A stretch of DNA of 64,000 bases from Sulfurovum sp. Its GTDB lineage: Bacteria > Campylobacterota > Campylobacteria > Campylobacterales > Sulfurovaceae. Shown here one piece after another: positions 56,821 through 64,000 of the stretch. The first letter of the stretch is position 1. Each line of letters opens with the position of its first letter. Below the pieces are notes generated by a model. The model saw nothing but the letters and a program-made list of their open reading frames with translations. It was not told the origin of the DNA and did not search any database. The position numbers and the translations under genes were made by a program. The stretch lies in contig JAMOSB010000012.1 in assembly GCA_027068485.1 (NCBI GenBank), positions 48,347-112,346 of the forward strand, in the 5' to 3' direction.

Positions 56821-57486
56821 CTACTTCAATCGATTGAGGTATGCAATCAATGCAACAATCTCAGGAACATTTCCTGCTTTGACTGCATCTTTAACATCTT
56901 GATTTTTCATACCCGCAGCGATCTTTTGCGCTTCTGCCAAAATAGCTGGTTTATGTGCTTCAAACGCCTCTACACCTGGTTGAATCTCATCACCATATGG
57001 TGTTTTGAAGATATTTTTCACAGTGACGGCTTCTGCATATGCAGTAGCAATATCTGCTACATTGGTAAACATATGCTTATAAGCGGGCATAATAGACCCA
57101 GGTACAACCGAAGTTGGCTCCCACATATGGTTTTCATGCCAATCTGTTGTACGGTAGTTTCCTACACGGTGAAGATCTGGACCAGTTCTTTTTGAACCCC
57201 AGAGGAATGGTCTATCATACGCATACTCTCCAGAGAGTGAGTATTGACCATATCTGTCTGTTTCTGCTTTAAATGGACGAATCAATTGTGAATGACAAGC
57301 AATACACTGATCTTTCATATAAATATTTTTACCTGCCAGTTCAAGAACAGAGTAAGGCTTAAGCCCTACCACTGGTCTTGAAGCCTCTGCAAAGTTTGGC
57401 AGAATCTCGATGAGTCCTGCAAATGCGATAACCAAAAATACTCCTACTGAAAAGAAGAATGGATTTTTTTCTAACCAATGAAACAT
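56821..57486 (-). CDS. ccoO: cbb3-type cytochrome c oxidase subunit II (monoheme).
   Basis: CIACHSQLIRPF heme motif, and GPDLHRVGNYRTTDWH. Confidence 0.9.
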   Translation of the reverse strand: MFHWLEKNPFFFSVGVFLVIAFAGLIEILPNFAEASRPVVGLKPYSVLELAGKNIYMKDQCIACHSQLIRPFKAETDRYGQYSLSGEYAYDRPFLWGSKRTGPDLHRVGNYRTTDWHENHMWEPTSVVPGSIMPAYKHMFTNVADIATAYAEAVTVKNIFKTPYGDEIQPGVEAFEAHKPAILAEAQKIAAGMKNQDVKDAVKAGNVPEIVALIAYLNRLK

Positions 57487-57497
57487 AACCTACCTCC

Positions 57498-58964
57498 TTA
57501 TGCCATAGGTGAGCTAAACTGTGGCTCTTCTTCAAGTTTTCTAGAAGAAGTCATAGTTTTAACCATATTGTAAGCGAACATCAAGAAACCTGTCAAGAAT
57601 AATACACCTGAGAGAGCTCTAATCGCATAGTAAGGGTGAAGTACAGTAACGGTATCGATGAATGAATACATCAAGTTACCATACTCATCAACCGCTCTCC
57701 ACATCATACCTTGTGTGATACCTGCGATCCACATAGAAGTAAAGTAAAGAACAACGGCTGTTGTCTGAAGCCAAAATTGTGCTTCAATCAATTTTTTAGA
57801 GTAGATTTCTCTTTTGAACATGCGTGGAGCCATGTGGAAGAGTGCTGCCATAATCATAAACGCAACCCAACCAAGTACACCATCGTGGACATGCCCTGGA
57901 ATCCAATCTGTAAAGTGTGCAATCGCATTGACTGACTTAATCGCTTGGATTGGTCCTTCAAGTGTAGAGAGCATATAGAATGTAGAGGCAAGAACCATGA
58001 ACTTAATCAATGGATTCTCTGTCAACTGGTTCCACTCACCTTTCATAGTAAGGAGCATGTTGATCGCTGAACCCCATGAAGGAAGGATCAATACAACTGA
58101 GAAGATAGACCCCATTGTCTGCATCCAATCTGGGACAGTTGACCAAAGAAGGTGGTGTGAACCAGCCCAAAGGTAGACAAACATCAATCCCCAGAAAGAG
58201 AGTAGTGACAATTTATACGAGTAGACTGCTTGACCAGACTCTTTTGGCAAGAAGTAGTAGATCATCGCAACAATAGGCACAGTAAAGACGAATGCAACCG
58301 CATTATGTCCCCACCACCACTGTACGAGTGCATCATTGGTTCCTGCATACATAGAGACTGAGTGCATCATACTACCCACACCACCTGAAGCGAAGTAAGT
58401 TGGCACTTCCATATTGTTGAAGAGGTAGAGCATCGCAACACCCAAGAAACATGCGATAAAGTACCACATAGAGATATAGAGTGCCTTCTCTCTTCTAATA
58501 CCAATCAAGGCAAACATCGCTAGACCCCAAGTAACCCAAATGACAACAATTATAATATCAAGTGGCCACTCCATTTGAGCATACTCTTTACTTGTAGTGA
58601 TACCCATAAGCAGGGTCAATACCATCGCTACCGCAGCGACAAGATAGAGTCCAAAGTGGAATTTACCAAGGAACATAATGAACTTGGACTCCGCCATAGA
58701 GACCTTAAGTACTCTCTGTGCTGAGTAGTAGAAAGTTGCCCAAACTCCACTTAGTGTAAATCCGTAAATTACCACATTCGTGTGAAGTGGTCGTAATCTT
58801 GAGAAAGTCCCATACTCACCTAGTAAGTAGTTCAATTCTGGAAATGCTAGTTGAGCCGCGATAAGCGTACCAATTAACATACCTACAAATCCAAACAAAA
58901 TTGCCGTATAAGTAAACAGTTTTGCTACGGAATAATCGTATTCCAATGCTGCGTTTGATTGCAT
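57498..58964 (-). CDS. ccoN: cbb3-type cytochrome c oxidase subunit I.
   Basis: 12-TM heme-copper oxidase with WWGHNAV and HFTDWIPGHVHDG motifs. Confidence 0.95.
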   Translation of the reverse strand: MQSNAALEYDYSVAKLFTYTAILFGFVGMLIGTLIAAQLAFPELNYLLGEYGTFSRLRPLHTNVVIYGFTLSGVWATFYYSAQRVLKVSMAESKFIMFLGKFHFGLYLVAAVAMVLTLLMGITTSKEYAQMEWPLDIIIVVIWVTWGLAMFALIGIRREKALYISMWYFIACFLGVAMLYLFNNMEVPTYFASGGVGSMMHSVSMYAGTNDALVQWWWGHNAVAFVFTVPIVAMIYYFLPKESGQAVYSYKLSLLSFWGLMFVYLWAGSHHLLWSTVPDWMQTMGSIFSVVLILPSWGSAINMLLTMKGEWNQLTENPLIKFMVLASTFYMLSTLEGPIQAIKSVNAIAHFTDWIPGHVHDGVLGWVAFMIMAALFHMAPRMFKREIYSKKLIEAQFWLQTTAVVLYFTSMWIAGITQGMMWRAVDEYGNLMYSFIDTVTVLHPYYAIRALSGVLFLTGFLMFAYNMVKTMTSSRKLEEEPQFSSPMA

Positions 58965-59023
58965 GCATACCCCCTTGTAAAATTTATGCTGAAACTCGAA
59001 AAAAGTGACAACATTCAGCCCTA

Positions 59024-59029
59024 ATTATA
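59024..59029 (-). promoter_or_regulatory. Candidate -10 box for the ccoNOQP operon.
   Basis: The minus strand reads TATAAT about 60 nt upstream of the ccoN ATG, preceded by a T9/A-T-rich tract. AAGGGGG RBS before the ATG. Confidence 0.4.
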
Positions 59030-59123
59030 AGATTTTTTTTTAGCTATGTAGCTTAATAAAGTTAACGGTTTTTTGATTTTAAATACAATTTTACGAAATT
59101 AAAGTGGGGAAGGAGCGGGAGAG

Positions 59124-59150
59124 AAAATAGGAGGACAAAACTCCTATTTT
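59124..59150 (-). terminator. Perfect 10-bp stem-loop at the ddl stop codon; putative terminator separating ddl from cco.
   Basis: AAAATAGGAG (59124-59133) pairs with CTCCTATTTT (59141-59150) around a 7-nt loop. The trailing sequence on the minus strand is T-poor. Confidence 0.45.
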
Positions 59151-60195
59151 ACACTTTGCCTTTGGCACTCTGAATGGAGTGGATATAGTCATACCCAATG
59201 ATAATATCCTGCTCTTTAGGAAGGTGTTGACTCAGACGATAGAGCATCACTTCAAACTCCTCAAAGAGGTAGTTTGCCATCGAGCCGGGGATAGGATTGA
59301 TCTCATTAAGGAGTACCTCTCCCTCCACAACAAAGAAGTCACAACGAATAATACTCCCCCCAAAAAGGGAGCCATAGACCTTCTTAAAGCTCTCTTGGAT
59401 CGATGAGGCTAGGGTATCAGGGATATCCGCAGACAATACCTGTCCATCACGCGAGAAGTCCATATACTTCTTCTCAAAGTCCAAAAACTCCTCTTTGTGA
59501 GGCTCTTCAATAAGTGAAAGCTCCCATCGATCGGTATAACACCCTGCTTGGTTGTACTCCTTGACCCCCTCAATAAAGGGCTCAATAATCACCTCACTAT
59601 CAAACTCAAATGCCACATCCAACGCATAATCAAGTGAAGATGCCTCCTTGACAATACTCACCCCGATACTTGAGCCGAGTCTCACAGGCTTGATAATCAC
59701 AGGATACTGCAAGGGGATATCACGGCTATCAGTTGTGCGAAGTAGTTGGTAGGGTACTGTCTTGACCCCTAGGCTCTGAGCCAAGAGCTTGGTGTAGAGT
59801 TTGTTGTAGGAGAGTGTAGAGGCTTCCATACGCGGTGAGATAAAAGGGATACCAAAGAAGCTCATCATTGAGGCGATTTTGCCATCCTCTCCATCTCGAC
59901 CGTGGATAAGATTAAGCAGGGTATCAAAAGGAACACGCTTACTCCCCAAGAGTCCTTCAGTAAAAAACCCGCCCTGCTTAAGGAGGAGTTTTTTGGACTT
60001 TTTGTAGCCTCCTGAAGAGAAGTACTTTGAGGTCATAGAGGCACTATCGATGAGATAAAAGTCACGATTGGCATCGACAAAGATAAAGGATAACTCACTC
60101 TTTTTGAGTACCTTTTTGAGTGTAATCGCAGAGACGATGCTAATCTCATGCTCAAAGCTTGAACCTCCAAAGAGTATGGCTAACTTCATCCTCAC
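59149..60195 (-). CDS. ddl: D-alanine--D-alanine ligase.
   Basis: ILFGGSSFEHEISIVSA, HGRDGEDG, ATP-grasp blocks, and EINPIPGS. Confidence 0.9.
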   Translation of the reverse strand: MRMKLAILFGGSSFEHEISIVSAITLKKVLKKSELSFIFVDANRDFYLIDSASMTSKYFSSGGYKKSKKLLLKQGGFFTEGLLGSKRVPFDTLLNLIHGRDGEDGKIASMMSFFGIPFISPRMEASTLSYNKLYTKLLAQSLGVKTVPYQLLRTTDSRDIPLQYPVIIKPVRLGSSIGVSIVKEASSLDYALDVAFEFDSEVIIEPFIEGVKEYNQAGCYTDRWELSLIEEPHKEEFLDFEKKYMDFSRDGQVLSADIPDTLASSIQESFKKVYGSLFGGSIIRCDFFVVEGEVLLNEINPIPGSMANYLFEEFEVMLYRLSQHLPKEQDIIIGYDYIHSIQSAKGKV

Positions 60196-60198
60196 CCC

Positions 60199-61317
60199 TT
60201 AGAGCATCTTGGCAAATTCGCCAAAGATATAAGCACTCTCATGTGGACCAGGACTCGCCTCTGGGTGATGCTGGACAGACATCGTTGGAGTGTCATTGTA
60301 CCGCAACCCCTCAATGGTCTGGTCAAAGAGATTGGTGTGTGTCACCGTGGCGACCTCTGTGATACTCTCAGGGACATTGTAGTTGTGGTTTTGTGCGGTG
60401 ATCTCCACACTCCCTGTCATCTCATTTTTGACAGGGTGGTTCCCCCCGTGGTGACCAAACTTCAGCTTGTAGGTATCATACCCATGAGCGATAGAGAGGA
60501 GCTGATGCCCTAGACAGATACCAAAGAGTGGTATCTTATGGGCGATAAGCTTCTTGATCTTCTCCTGCTCCTCCTTGAGAATGAGTGGATCCCCTGGTCC
60601 ATTGGAGAGAAAGACCCCATCGATCACCTTAGCCTCAAACTTCTCGATAATCTCCTCTGCGGTGATGGCATTTGGTACCACCGTGACCTCCATCCCTGCA
60701 TGGGTGAGTTCATTGAGGATATTGCGTTTGACCCCAAAATCTAGTGCGAGGATCTTCTTGGTTGTCTCTGGTGCATTGTAGGCAAAAGTATCAGTGTTGT
60801 AGCGTGCATGTGCATGGACATACGCCTCTTTGGTACTTACCTGCTCGATATAGTTGATCTCTTCGATACGCGGAGCACTCTCAAGCACTTTTTTGAGTGC
60901 TGCCTCCTCATGGATCTCAGTCGATGCGACCATCATCATCGCCCCCTCATCTCTGAGCATCTTCGTAAGATAACGGGTATCGACCTGTGTAATCCCTAGT
61001 ACATTCTCTCGCTTGAGGAGTGACGCGAGTGTCTCTTCTGAGCGGAAGTTAGAGGGTCTCTCTTGGTAGGAGCGGACGATAATCCCTTTACAGTGAGCCC
61101 CTTGGCTCTCCATATCTTGTGCATTACACCCAACATTTCCAATCTCAGGCATCGTAAAGGTGACAAACTGCCCCGCATAAGAGGGGTCTGTCACGATCTC
61201 TTGATACCCTGTCAACGAGGTATTAAATACCACTTCCCCAACAGAAGTACCCTCTGCCCCAAAACTCTTCGCTTCTAACAATAGCCCATTCTCAAAATAT
61301 AGTGAAACCTTTTGCAT
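60199..61317 (-). CDS. carA: Carbamoyl-phosphate synthase small (glutaminase) subunit.
   Basis: GEVVFNTSLTGYQEIVTDPSYAGQ, GICLGHQLL (catalytic Cys), and VQHHPEASPGPHE. Confidence 0.95.
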   Translation of the reverse strand: MQKVSLYFENGLLLEAKSFGAEGTSVGEVVFNTSLTGYQEIVTDPSYAGQFVTFTMPEIGNVGCNAQDMESQGAHCKGIIVRSYQERPSNFRSEETLASLLKRENVLGITQVDTRYLTKMLRDEGAMMMVASTEIHEEAALKKVLESAPRIEEINYIEQVSTKEAYVHAHARYNTDTFAYNAPETTKKILALDFGVKRNILNELTHAGMEVTVVPNAITAEEIIEKFEAKVIDGVFLSNGPGDPLILKEEQEKIKKLIAHKIPLFGICLGHQLLSIAHGYDTYKLKFGHHGGNHPVKNEMTGSVEITAQNHNYNVPESITEVATVTHTNLFDQTIEGLRYNDTPTMSVQHHPEASPGPHESAYIFGEFAKML

Positions 61318-61868
61318 TACAACATCCCTCTTTTTGCCAACTCTTCTTCATAATACTTCTCATAAAGCAGTTCATAATCCTGTGTCCCAGGGATCACCTC
61401 TTTGGTCATATTTTTAATCTTACTATAGACAATATCATCGATCTTATCATACGCATCGGCAAACGCCTTAAAGGATTTGAAGATGATATTTTTGACCTGA
61501 TTTTCATTGATTGTATACTCTGCGAGGTAGTTCTCATAGAGTTCATCCAAGATAAGGTGTGCGAGATCATTGTAGCGATCATCATAGTTCATAATCACCC
61601 CATGCTCCGCAGCCATCTTCTTCTTGATCATAAAGAAAAGCTGTCGCTCATCGGCGTGTTGAAACTCTATCTCATCATAGTTCTCATCGAGTATCTTCTT
61701 GACCTTCTCATCGAGTGCATGCTCTTGTGCCAAGTTCTCATCAATGATGCGTTTGGCTGCTTCCACCACGGCATCTTTACCCTTAGGCAGTGTGATGAAT
61801 GATGCATTGGCCAAATCGATCCCAATCTTACTTGCTACATATCGTGTCTGTTGTGGTTTTAGTCTCAA
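61317..61868 (-). CDS. DUF507-family protein.
   Basis: MRLKPQQTRYVASKIGIDL start and acidic helical content, in the conserved position upstream of carA in Campylobacterota. Its stop overlaps the carA start by 1 nt. Confidence 0.75.
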   Translation of the reverse strand: MRLKPQQTRYVASKIGIDLANASFITLPKGKDAVVEAAKRIIDENLAQEHALDEKVKKILDENYDEIEFQHADERQLFFMIKKKMAAEHGVIMNYDDRYNDLAHLILDELYENYLAEYTINENQVKNIIFKSFKAFADAYDKIDDIVYSKIKNMTKEVIPGTQDYELLYEKYYEEELAKRGML

Positions 61869-61897
61869 TTACTGCCCCTTTATTTCTATGGTTGCGA

Positions 61898-64000
<2,103 letters not shown>

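Noticed and set aside
59041-59100. An FNR/CRP-type site (TTGAT-N4-ATCAA) and TAGCT repeats upstream of ccoN.
   Set aside because: Only one half-site (TTGATTTTAAATAC) is present. The region is generally AT-rich, so such partial matches are expected by chance.

Overview
The window looks like a chromosomal segment of a Campylobacterota (Epsilonproteobacteria) genome, roughly 50% GC by eye. The taxon is an inference from protein similarity and from conserved neighbourhoods: prmA-ftsH, DUF507-carA, and ccoNOQP followed by a DUF4006 gene. About 40 kb (nt 30-40546) is one very large lipopolysaccharide / surface-glycan super-locus made of tightly coupled operons. It holds conserved core genes: waaC, an lpxL-family acyltransferase, a PAP2 lipid phosphatase, gmhA/gmhB/hldE, a WbaP-like initiating transferase, a WaaL-like ligase and an MsbA/PglK-type ABC exporter. 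It also holds four unusual accessory modules. (1) A NeuA-like cytidylyltransferase is coupled to an HpcH/HpaI aldolase, a 2-hydroxyacid dehydrogenase, an SDR, a cyclase-family hydrolase and a HAD phosphatase. (2) A sulfation module comprises a sulfotransferase-GT2-coiled-coil fusion, cysD-cysN-cysC, and a divergent membrane-anchored APS-kinase paralog. (3) A teichoic-acid-like CDP-polyol module has a TagD-Gfo/Idh/MocA fusion, a class V aminotransferase, an XAT acetyltransferase, three LicD, two TagF-like proteins and an LPS kinase. (4) Two alkaline-phosphatase-superfamily membrane enzymes are present. The remaining sequence is housekeeping: hisH, hisA, prmA, ftsH, leuA, serS, an addB-like gene, ccoNOQP with accessory genes, ddl, carA, purA and a partial hisZ. 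Notable small features are an AT-rich two-gene ATPase/TOPRIM-like remnant wedged between hisH and hisA, a candidate Leu-rich leader peptide upstream of leuA, an unannotated 34-aa membrane ORF in the cco cluster, and a lipoprotein/beta-barrel pair. I saw no rRNA, tRNA, CRISPR array, transposase or integrase. All functional calls rest on motif recognition by eye; no database search was run.
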